The notes under the pieces were generated by a model, which worked only from the letters and a program-made list of their open reading frames with translations, searched no databases and was not told where the DNA came from. A program made the position numbers and the translations under genes. From Octopus sinensis (Eukaryota), in contig NC_043002.1 of assembly GCF_006345805.1 (NCBI RefSeq), positions 58,156,001-58,220,000 of the forward strand: a DNA stretch of 64,000 bases, read 5' to 3'. Positions within the stretch are counted from its first letter, which is position 1; every line of letters begins with the position of its first letter. Below are positions 26,667 to 38,431 of this stretch, piece after piece.

Positions 26667-26790
26667 CATCCTTCTGGAGTCGACAAAATAAGTACCAGCT
26701 GAGTATTGTGGTTGAGTACTTGTCCCCTCCTCAAAAATTCCTGGCCTTGTTCCAAAATTGGAAATCATTTTTTTATCATTATTATTATTA
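26665..26790 (+). mobile_element. SINE 3' fragment (octopus-type)
   Basis: ttcatccttctggagtcgacaaaataagtaccagctgagt..aaaaattcctggccttgttcc..(tta)n resembles the octopus SINE body as I recall it; not database-checked. Confidence 0.6.
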
Positions 26791-27290
26791 TTCTATGTTT
26801 GACTTTTGCTTTATGTCTGTACAAGTTGGCTCCAAGTCTCACCCAGAGACCTCAAGAGACAACAGGTTAGAAGTTCTTTGCCATATATTTGGGGGGTTTT
26901 TTTGTACTAGTGAATGTCTAATACATAAAACTAAAAAAATAAACAAATAAAAAAATAAAAAAAAATAATAAAAACATTTTTTAAATAATAAAATAAAATT
27001 AAAAAAATTTTTTTTTTAATAAAAAAAAGAAAAAAAAAGAAAAAAAGTTTGCTTTAATCCTTGGGATTACATAGAGAGTATTTTGCGTAGGATATGAGCA
27101 GTTCCCATGAGCACTATCCTTTGAATTTCTGCCATTTTGGGGTTTCCTGGTATCTGAGTTAGGTAGCAATCAGTCCCTTTCGCTATCATTCCCAGGGCAC
27201 CTATGACAACAGGTATTGTTTTAGTCTTCAGCTTCCACATTTTGCTGATTTCTATTTCAAGATCTTTATATTTGCTCAGTTTTATTATTA
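26775..27290 (-). mobile_element. R4/Dong-clade retrotransposon 3' end (REL C-terminus, 3'UTR, TAA tail)
   Basis: KLSKYKDLEIEISKMWKLKTKTIPVVIGALG..IQRIVLMGTAHILRKILSM*, then a UTR stem-loop and (TAA)n. The 5' side is truncated at (TTA)n 27282-27362. Confidence 0.88.
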
Positions 27291-27296
27291 TTATTA

Positions 27297-27363
<67 letters not shown>

Positions 27364-27432
27364 GAATCTATCTTGTACCCTTTCTTTCCATCCCTTCTCT
27401 TCTCTTCAATCACATTTCTACTTCAATATTAA

Positions 27433-27717
27433 GGCTGCTACTTATGCGTGTGATCGACAACTTATGGGAAGGATACTTTAGGTTAGATTTTAATTTACTT
27501 TTCAATTTCTAAAAACCCTTAAGATGTTGGCTAAAGGTTTTTACAATTTGATCAGTGACGAGATGAAAGCAGTTGCAATTTTACGAAGAAATGGCCTTTT
27601 AAACGATGAAGTAAATGTTGCACCTTGTCATGGTAATGGTGGAGAAATGAAGGAAGCTCGAAGAAAATGGAAAAACGGTGAAATTTTGCCAATTTTACGT
27701 TGCAAAAGTCGCGGCTT
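27433..27717 (+). mobile_element. Merlin (IS1595-like) transposase N-terminal fragment
   Basis: ORF 27524-27721: DEMKAVAILRRNGLL..PCHG..GEM..NGEILPILRC, resembling the Merlin N-terminal Zn-finger region. Possible GG-starting TIR at 27433; no partner TIR found. Confidence 0.5.
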
Positions 27718-28254
27718 CTAAATTCGTATGATTCACGCGTTTATTTTCATTATTGTTATTTTTTTTTGTTCTTGGTTTCTTATCATTATTTTCTTAGACT
27801 TAAATGAAACACGGATTCCTTATTATTAAAATTATAATAATTTTGAAAAATGCATTTACAACGCTGTGTAAGTACAAAAGAATTTATTATAAAATTGAAC
27901 AGTAATTTAATAATAAAGATGAAATACAAATTTGAATAATTTTATCGATTAATTGAGCAAACATCTGCAGGAAACGCAAGAACATTAGAATTTGAAAAGT
28001 AAACTATTGCTACACTGTACAGCTGAGAGAAGGAAACAGTGTATGACTGAGAAAAGGGACACACAATTGGGATGAGAGAAGGGTGTATATTTTAGGCTGT
28101 ACAAACACATACACACACACACACACACACATTCGTGTTGTGTATAGGTATATGTAAGAGTGATTAGTGAGTTAAAACAACGACGAAACAAAAGGTGGTT
28201 AAAAACACATTTGAATAGAAATAGTAAATACCTTTATAATTTTATGATAAAGTT

Positions 28255-28608
28255 TACCATCTTCTGGTACGTATATATATATACACACAAACATATATAT
28301 ATATATCCTGGCAACATTCCTCGGAAAGGTAAATCCTTTGTATTTTAGTAATAGGAAATATAAGGCATATCACTACCATTAAATTTGGCTTTAAAATGAA
28401 CCACTTTGTTCATTTTGAAGAAAGTTTTTCACAATGATAAACTTTTGTTGTTCTTAGTAACCGTTATGATTCTTGTTATAAGCATTCTTGTTTACACATG
28501 ACAGTTTCTATTGAACGCGATTACTTCTCATGGTTATTATCTAACATAAACAAATTTTCATTGATATGTTGCTTTCCATCTTCTGGTACGTATATATATA
28601 TGCACACA

Positions 28609-28673
<65 letters not shown>

Positions 28674-28973
28674 TGGCAACATTCCTCGGAAAGGTAAATC
28701 CTTTGTATTTTAGTAATAGGAAATATAAGGCATATCACTACCATTAAATTTGGCTTTGAAATGAACCACTTTGTTCATTTTGAAGAAAGTTTTTCACAAT
28801 GATAAACTTTTGTTGTTCTTAGTAACCGTTATGATTCTTGTTATAAGCATTCTTGTTTACACATGACAGTTTCTATTGAACGCGATTACTTCTCATGGTT
28901 ATTATCTAACGTAAACAAATTTTCATTGAAATGTTGTTTACCATCTTCTGGTACGTATATATATATGCACACA

Positions 28974-29004
<31 letters not shown>

Positions 29005-29115
29005 CCTGGCAACATTCCTCGGAAAGGTAACTCCTTTGTATTTTAGTAATAGGAAATATAAGGCTTATAACTACCATTAAATTTGGTTTTAAAATGAACC
29101 ACTTCGTTCATTTTG
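28255..29115. repeat. ~320-365-bp tandem repeat, about 2.5 copies, with variable (TA)n core
   Basis: Anchor 'cttctggtacgtatatat' at 28261, 28580 and 28945. Confidence 0.9.
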
Positions 29116-29830
29116 TGTGGAAGCCTATCTTGTTACATCTACTTTGCAATACACACACATATATATATAATTAATTAATAAGGGTGAGAGAATTAGATAC
29201 TAATTTAATAGTATATCTATTCAACACCAAGTGGCCTAGTGCTCCGAGAAACCTGGATTATTATAATATTTTATAATATATTATAATATTTTTACAATAT
29301 TAATTTGTGTACAAAAATTCTGAAGTACTTAAGAAACAAATGAGATTTAATTAGTTATGCAGACGAATAAAAGATACTCCACCATCACCCCCGCCACTGC
29401 ACATGCTTCATATATTTAATTTTTCTCACAAAACTTTTTTTATCGTACAGGTTCAAATTTTATCACATTTCTTCTATTCTCCCTTTTATTTTCTCTCAGA
29501 TATCTTTCTTTTAGATAAGGAACATTCTGGAGAAATTCCAAATTTAAGAAGATTTACCATTTGTCATAGTCTAAAGCCAATATAACAAGATTTTCGTACA
29601 GTTGCCAGCCACGTTTTCTCACCGTGTCTCTTTCATCTGATTGCTAACTAACACATTATGTAGAGAATGTCATATATATATGTGTATATATGTATGTAAG
29701 TATGTACGTATGTATGTATGTATGTATGTATGTATGTATGTATGTACGTATGTATGCATGTATGCATGTATATATGTATGTATGCATGTGTGTATATACA
29801 ATATATATGTAAGTAATATATATAAGTATA

Positions 29831-30121
29831 TCTTTATATATAAAACTAAACTTGTGTGTGTGTCTGTCTACTCCGATTTAGATTCCTAACTACTCCCACA
29901 TTTTGCGGTGCAGTTTAACCAAAAGCGGGTATCTTATAGTCGTGATTCATATCGAGCCCTTCAGGGTATTAGCGTGAGTCTACGATTTTAAAAAAAATTA
30001 CCATAATTTTTCCGCATTTTTAATGATTTTTGCTCGGTTTATATAAGGGAAATAACTCTCTAAAAATGCTTATATAGTTATTTCCCTTACCAACCCGAGC
30101 AACGCCGGGCGATACTGCTAG
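29831..30121 (+). mobile_element. Short non-autonomous Helitron (duplicate of 7441-7729)
   Basis: A|TC start, same hairpin, CTAG|T end at 30118-30122. Confidence 0.75.
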
Positions 30122-30259
30122 TAGTATATATATATATATGTATATATGTATGTATGTATCTAATTGTATATATATATAAATATGTATGTGTGTTTATATA
30201 TGTATGATTGTATATATATAAATATATATATATATTCATATATGTGTATATATATATGT

Positions 30260-30311
<52 letters not shown>

Positions 30312-30427
30312 TAGATGAGTTCAGCAAAAATTTAGATTCAAATGAATAAGGTACTTAAATTAAGGCACCAGAATTTAGTACGGTATTATCCATACAATTT
30401 CAAAGTAAGGTGATTAAAATCAAAATA

Positions 30428-31509
30428 AAGAACAAGGATATCCAGAGGTAATGAAGAACGATTGTTTCATTCCACTCTATATTAATTGAACAATGCAATC
30501 ATTATATCAATTTAAAATGCAGAGCTATCTTCAGCTTCACAAAGACAGAATTTAATTAAATTAGAACAGATGGACACATTAGTATAATTATACCTAAAAT
30601 ATCCAAGAAGTTAAGGAGATAGACAAAGAACATGCTGTTCTTACTCAAGCATAGACGTTACTAAGCTTTTCAAGAAGATATACATTGTTACAGACTCTGC
30701 CTGTCACTGATTTTTGTTTTTATGGGGTCAGTTATGATTTATAGACTAGTTTATCAAAACTCTTGTATATCTAAGGCTGAAAGAACAGAGGGCGGTATCC
30801 ATTAGGGGGTAGGGCTAAGGGAAATTACAGACATCATAGTTGGTATAGTCATAAAAATCAAAATTTATTAGAAGCAATATCATGAGGTTTGGTAAATGAA
30901 AATTTAAAACAAGATGTTAGCTGACAATTAAGTGGGTCGCCCAATAGCAGACCATTGATAATGGAACGGGGGAAGTCTTATCATGTTGTACTATAGTTAA
31001 ATATTTTAAACAATGTTGCTATATTGTATACAGTTAAAGTTTAGGGCTATTCAGAGGATTATTAAGAATATTATAACAAAAGGATAGAAATTTATTAATA
31101 CTTTTGAGTATATACCAAACTTTTACCACAATAGAGGGAAGAAAAGAAATTGTCCAGAAACAGTTTAATATTTATACATATTGTACACTTAAATACAAAC
31201 TCATCAGATGGTATCTGTGAATATTGATTAATTGGTATATGCTGGTGTTAATAAAGGAGTATTCTTGAAAAACTGAGTAACTTCTATGCTGGAGTAAGAA
31301 CAGCATTTTCTTTGTCTATCTCCTTAACTTCTTGGAGATTTTACATATAATTACGCTAATGTGTCCATCTATTCTAATTTAATTAAATTCTATGTCTTTG
31401 TGCAGTTGAAGATTGCTGTGTATTTTAAAGTGATGTAATAATTGCATTGTTCAATTAAATAGAGTGGCAAGAAACGATTGTACTGCATTACCTCTGGATA
31501 TCCTTGTTG

Positions 31510-31514
<5 letters not shown>
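30428..31514. mobile_element. MITE/foldback-like element (duplicate of 8050-9135)
   Basis: Same long inverted repeats and spacer. Confidence 0.75.
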
Positions 31515-31569
<55 letters not shown>

Positions 31570-32269
31570 TGTATGTATGTATGTATGTATGTATGTATGC
31601 ATGCATGTATGTATGTATGTATGTATGTATGTAACAGATTGGAAAGTTATAATCCTCAAACACTTGTATATTTACAATAACACATACAAATTATTCACTT
31701 TATACATGCGTCCAACACCTATTACTATGGCATAGATATGCTAGGATGTGACATTCTGTTGCAGACTGTTGGTTCAATTGCATCATAACTTCAGTCACGC
31801 TTATACGTATCAATGCATGTTCATTCAAGGTTTTAGCACTAAGAGCATTTGAAACGAATCGATGATATTCGGTTTTTGATATTTTCATTTTAGGTATAAC
31901 TTAGGTGGGGGTATGTGTGTGTTTAATCTAGAAGATAGCGGAAATTCTTGTGGAATACGGTGTGTCAATAAGGTCTTGTCTTTTAAGCCTAGAATGACCC
32001 AAAGGTTTTAAATATCATGACAATAGACTTAGTAGTCAGAGAATTGTTAACTGGGTAAAGAAATGTTTTGCTCACGAACCACATATGGTAGAGATAGAAA
32101 GAATTTTCAGGAAAAATGAACGAAGAGTAATTAAGAGAGTTGGAAATATATGAAATTCAACAAAAGAGGTATGGAGTTAACATTTAGATTGATAACATTT
32201 AACTATGGTAAGTCTACTATTATAATCAAGGCAATTCTTCCATAAGTCGTTATGTCAGTGTTGTTATAT

Positions 32270-35200
32270 TAAAAATGCAGCATGGTTGAAATATGTTGAA
32301 GTAGAAGGGCTCAGGAAGAGGTTTAGTTCATAGGTACTGCTTACGGAAATTTAGCATGTTACTTCAGAGACTAAAGGAATAATTATAGGATTGACTGAAT
32401 GAAGGAGTAATACCAGCTTCAATGATTAGCGGAGGGGGAGCGCGCCTTAAAAAAGAAAAACCAAAGGCTAATATAGCTAGTTCAAAGGTCCTGGTTACCG
32501 AAATTTAGCATCTTACTTCAGGGGCTGAGTGAAATGTTTCAGGATTGAGTGAAAGGAGTAGTAGCACCAGTCACTTCATTGCCATTGGTGTGAACGCTAT
32601 TAACAGGAATACTCTCAGGAAGCAGTTACGAGCATCTTGACAACCAGAATTTGTTGCAAGAAGGAAAGGGTTGCTACACCATTAAAATATTCATGAAAAA
32701 TTTGTTTCCAACTTTACAAAATCCTTTAGATGAATACCTACTCAAAATGTCCAATGGTGTCGAAAGTCACTCTCTTTCTTCTTCACATCACAACTAAAAG
32801 AGTTTTCACCAATGAAATTAAAAACCTGTTGAGTAGATAGAAGGAGGACATCGATTATGATGCTAATTATAAAAAAGATTATTAAAGTTTTATAAATATG
32901 ATATTAAATCACTTTTCTTTCTTACTCAAAATTCGGATATTACTTATGGAATGAAGTGATACATCTGCTAGTTTGGTATGAGGTCAGTTATTTCCCTTCT
33001 ACTACATATAGTTATGTTCTTTGTCATGTTCGCTCGATATTGGACAACCGAGCATATAGATAATCTAACTATATTCATTTGAGTATCTTTCCACAAAACA
33101 AGTAATAGTGTAGGAGTGGAAGTGGAACAAGTAAGTGCTGCTTTATTGTTGGTGGGGTAGAGGACATTATTGTCATCCCTTCTCCAATAGACGTACTTGG
33201 AGAGGTTTTGGATTTGATAACTCAGAACATCTGTTTATTATTGTTATTGAGTTGCATTGACATCAAATCTGTGACAGAAAAAAATCTTAAAGTTTGGCTG
33301 TTTATTGGCAGCTAATCTCACTATATATTCATACAGGACTTACAGGCAAATAAATGGTGTAGATGAAAGTACTGAAAGGGAGAAAACCCACTGACGAAGC
33401 TAGAGAGTTGTGGAGTAGTATTTGATATAATCCAGTTAAACATAATGGAGATGCAGCATAGTTAAAGAAACTAAAGGATGAGGTTGTTAGTGGGAAACAG
33501 CCAGATCTAAAACTACATAGATTTAGTTTAAAGGTCTGGTTAAAGGAATTTAGTATTTCACTTCGGGGACTGAGGGAGGAATTTCAGTTTTGAAGGAATG
33601 GAGTAGTTATACCACCTTGGACGTTTTATAGGGAGAACAGTACTCGTTATTGAAGGCAAATGCAAGGCTAATGTAGCTAGTAGTTACATATCAGTCACTG
33701 GATTACAATCAGTGTGGAAGCTGTTAGCAGGGATGCTTTCAGAAAGCATTTCCGAGCATCTTGACAACTGGGGAATTGCTGCAAGAAAAACAGAAATGTT
33801 GCAGGATAATGATTTTTAAGAAAACGTTTTTTTTTTTTGAAGCTTCCAGAATGCTTAAGATAAATTAGTACTCAAAAGGAGCATGGGTATCGGACGTGAC
33901 CTCACTTTCTTCTTCACATGAAAACCAAATGAGATTTTTTTAAATGAAATTGAAAATCTGATCAGTAAATACAGGCAATTCATGAGCAATGATGCTAATT
34001 ATTAAGAGGATGATTAAAGTTTAATAAAATGTGAGATTAAATCAATTTCCTTTCTCAACCATAATTCGAATATTGTTTATTAGATGACCTGATACATTTA
34101 CTACAGTTTGGGTTAAGGTCAGTTATTTACATCTTCCTACAAATTCTAGTCCCATGGTGTATTCCCTCGATAATGGCCAATCAGTCATATATAATGCGAC
34201 CATATTCATTTGTGTTTCCTTCCACAAAACTAGTAATTGTGCTGTTGGTTTAATCCTATTTCTCATTTTTACCCTGCAGTAGGTTTGCAGGTGACTCCAG
34301 TAAGCGTTGCATTATTGTTGGTGGGGTGGAGGACATTATTGTCTCCCTTTCTCCAACAGACGTATGCAGTCATGTTTTCTATTTGATAACTCAGAACATT
34401 CTGTTTATTATTGCGCTGGTGATGAATTGCATTGACATCAAATCTGTGGAGAGGAAACCTCATAAAGCTTAGTGGTTTATTGCCTGCCAATCTCTCTAGA
34501 AGTTCAATCGGGTTTTACAGCCAAATAAATAGTGTAGAAGAAAGTACCGAAGATGAGAGAACTTAATTCAGAAGAAACCAGAGAGTTGTGGAGTAATAAT
34601 GGAAATGCAGCATTATTAAAGAAAGTAAGGAAAGAAGTTATCCGTGGGAAGCAGCCGAATCTAAAAGTAAATAGTTCATTAATGAGTAAAGTGTTATGAA
34701 ATATTCTGAATTAGATGGGCCAGGAACAGATTTACCTCAAAGGTTCTGATTCCAGATTTTCAGTAGCTTACATGAGGGCCTGCTGCAAAAATTTCAGGAT
34801 TAAATTTCGATGATTAAATGGAGAGCAGTATTCCTTATTGAAGACAAACGCAAACTAATTTAGATAGTAATTATGGATGAGTTACTTCATTGCCATTGGT
34901 GTGGAAGCGATTAAACAGCAATGCACTCAAAGATCATTTACGAGCACCTTGACAACCACAAGTTGTTGCAAGACGACGAAAATACAACATAATGATATTC
35001 ATGAAAACTTTGTTTCCAAGCTTACAAAATCCATTAGATGAATTAGAACTCAAAAGGACCAAGCATGTCGAAAATGAGCTCACTTTCTTCATTGACATCA
35101 CAACTAAAACAGTTTTCACCAATGAAATTAAAGTCCTGTTGAGTAGATGGAAGATGGACATCGATTATGGTGGTTATTATAAAAAAAGACGTTTAAAGTT

Positions 35201-36389
35201 TGATAAAATATGAGATTAAATCTCTTCTTTAGTTACCTAAAATACTCATATTGCTTATAGGATGACATTATAGATTTGCTTGTTTGGTATAAGGTCAGTT
35301 ATTTCCCTTCTTCTACATAAATTTAGGTTCTTTGTTATATTCGCTCGATATTGGCCAGACAGTCATATATAATCTGATCATATTCATTTGAGTATCTTTC
35401 CACAAAACTAGTTATAGTATAGTTGGCCTATAGCATTCTCTCGTCTTAAAATTTGCAGGTGGCCACAATAATCGTTGCAATATTGTTAGTGGTGTGGAGG
35501 ACATTATTGTCTTCATTTCACCAACAGACATTTGAGGTCGTTTTTTTGTTTTTGATAACTAAGATCATGTGTTTATGATTACTCTGGTGTTGAGTTACAT
35601 TTACATCAAATCTGCGGTTAGGAGACCTCATAAAGCTTAGTTTTTTCTTGTGTGTCAAACTCTCTATATGTTCATTCAGGTTTTACATCCAAATAAATGG
35701 TGGAGAAGAAAGTACTAAAGATGAGAAAACTTAATGCAGAAGAAGCTAGAGAGTTGTGAAGTAATATTTGGGATAAGCCAGTAAATCATAATAGAGTTGC
35801 AGAATGGTTAAAGAACTGAGGGAAGAAGTTGTCAGTTGGAAGCAGCCAGTTCTAAAACTAAATAGATCATTAATGAGCAAAGTTTTAGGAAATATGCTGA
35901 ATTAGATGGTCCAGGAAGTGATTTAGTTCAAACGTTCTGATTACAGAAAGTTAGTACCTTACTTGAGGGACTGAGGGAATAATTACAAGATCCAATGTAT
36001 GGACTAGTAATAATGGATGATTAGAGGGGCATCACTGCTTCTTATTTAAGACAAATGCAAAGCTAATATTGCTAGTAATTATAGATTAGTCATCCGCTTA
36101 CTAACAGTGTGGAAGCTACTAGCAGCAATAACCACAGAAACCATTTACGAGTACCTTCACAACCAGAATCTGCTGCAAGAAGAAAAGAAATGGTGCAAGA
36201 TAAAAATATTCATGAAACATTTGTTACGAAGCTTACAGAATCCTTTAGATGAATTAGTACTCAAAAGGCACGAGCTTGTGGAAAGTGACCTTAATTTCTT
36301 CTTCACATCACAACTAAAAGATTTTTCAAAAACAAAATTAAAATTCTGGTGAGTAGACAGCAGGAAGACATCGATAACGATACTAATTA
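32270..36389 (+). repeat. Chimeric R4/Dong-derived repeat block (duplicate of 9890-13845)
   Basis: Near-identical, but retains 170 bp (33796-33965) that is missing at 11422. Confidence 0.85.
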
Positions 36390-38431
36390 CACTGGTCAAC
36401 AGCCAATTCCCATCAGGGATATTATACGGTGTTTTATATGTAGTTTTGTTAACAGTTTTCAAAAATGTAATCGGTTTCCTTCTATCAGGCACAGTTTTTC
36501 TGATGAGATTAGAGAGGCATATAACCCCCATCTGCAGTATCGCTACACGTTAACGTTTTATACAGGTACATGCTGATTTCTGTTTTGTAACTATTTCTAT
36601 TCATTTTGTAATTTTATGTTTTCATAATCTTTACTTTTCATAAATTTTACTTTCTGTTTAAGATCCCAAGTCATCATCATCATCAAATGGATTAAGGGAT
36701 TGGCTAAATAAGAGGAAGAGAGCAATGCCGTTTGCAATACCTATGGTATAGAGAGAGCCAAAGGATCATTTCATGGACTGTTATTTCTGCAACGTTAATA
36801 AAGTTTGTGGGTTTACTGTAAAGACCAAGTATAAGATTGTGTATCCCAACTTGGAATCAGCAAGAAGACCAGTGCCACACAACGATGATGATCTTCCTAT
36901 TCCAATACCACAAGAAAATAGCCTTCAGATGTCTGACGAAGATATATTTCTTGAAGAAAATACTACTGCTGTGGAAGACACCAAATTGGATGCAGATTTC
37001 AGGATTGAAAATGAAGACGTACCACAGAAATTTTCTCAGGGAGAGTTAAATGATTTAGTTAGAGACTTGTCATTGTTGAAGGATAAAGCTGAACTCGCCT
37101 ACAAGAAGAGTGTCTGCTTAAGAAAGATGTTTATATTACTCATTTCAGGAAGAGAAATAGGATCTGACTTCATGCTTCTCTGTTGATGGACCACTTTGTT
37201 TCAGTAATAACACTGATGAGTTATTTTGCTATTTGTTCCAAGAGCATGTTCCAGCTTAATGGCACTTTTTCATTGATTCATCTAAGAGAAGCCTCAAGGC
37301 AGTACTACTACACAACGGCAATAAGAAACCATCTATTCCCATACGACATTCAATGCACATGAAGGAGTGTTATGAAAACATGCAAGTACTCCTCAATGCC
37401 ATAAAGTATACAAACTACAGCTGGAAAATATGTGGAGACTTGAAGGCGATCGTAATGTTGATGGGAATGCAATCTGGGTTCACGAAATATTGTTGCTTTT
37501 TACCAAGCACTATGTACAATCAGAGTGGCCTTTGCAAAAATCATATGAGCTGGGAGTTTCTAGCGTCCAGAGAGTAAGCCATTTTTAAACCCAGAAAATG
37601 TTCTTCTTCTCCCTCTTCACATAAAGCTTGGCCTCATGAAACAATTCGTGAAAACACTTGCCAGGAAAAGCTCAAAAGGTTTTGAATATGTGAAGGCCAA
37701 ATTTCCAAAAGTCACCGAAGCAAAACTGAAGGAGGGCGTATTCATAGGTCCGCAGATAAAACAACTCCTGAAGGACAACCACTTCCTCACATCACTGGAT
37801 AAGATTGAGCTTAAAGCCTGGGAATCCTGCAAATGGCTCTATGAAAATTTCCTAGACAACAAGAGATCTCTAGAGTTTAGAAATGGAGTGAAATATCTTC
37901 TAGACAGCTACAATGGGCTGTCGGATGTCACTAAAAGTCCATTTCCTTGATTCACATCTGGACTTTTTTGCAGAGAACCTTGGAGCAGTGACTGATGAGC
38001 AAGGGGAACGCTTTCATCAAGATATTGCATCGATGGAACAACGATATCAGGGGTTTTGGTATGCAGGAATGTTAGATGACTACTGTTGGATGTTATACAG
38101 GGATGAACCTGATACAAAACACCATAGAATGTCCAAATCACAAAGATTTTAAGTTGTTATGCATTTGAGTGTATTCTAACTTATTTGTACACAATAATTT
38201 TAATTTTGTTCACTAAAAAGTCATGAAATTATCGGATCTTGTATTCAATATACCTTATATAGACATGCTTTACGTTTCCTATAAGTTAAAACAGCAGGTA
38301 TCATTAACATCAAAATGTGACCTGACAGAGGAAATCGGACTTCAAATTTGTAATCAACATCAAAAATTAACCCAGAACAGTCAATCATTAAATCGGATGA
38401 TTAAAAAAAAGTTTCATTTTATTGACCAGTG
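36390..38431 (+). mobile_element. Chapaev3-type DNA transposon with both ends, internally deleted and frameshifted
   Basis: TIRs CACTGGTCAA (36390) and TTGACCAGTG (38422-38431), 3-bp TTA target duplication. Motifs DCYFC, WKICGDLK, GMQSGFTKYCCF, LHIKLGLMKQFVK, EAKLKEGVFIGPQI and KVHFLDSHLDFF..LGAVTDEQGERFHQDI..MEQRYQG. Confidence 0.85.

Noticed and set aside
5803-31735. Many YI/VC/MYVC/HTYI ORFs
   Set aside because: Translations of (TA)n, (TG)n and (TATG)n tracts.
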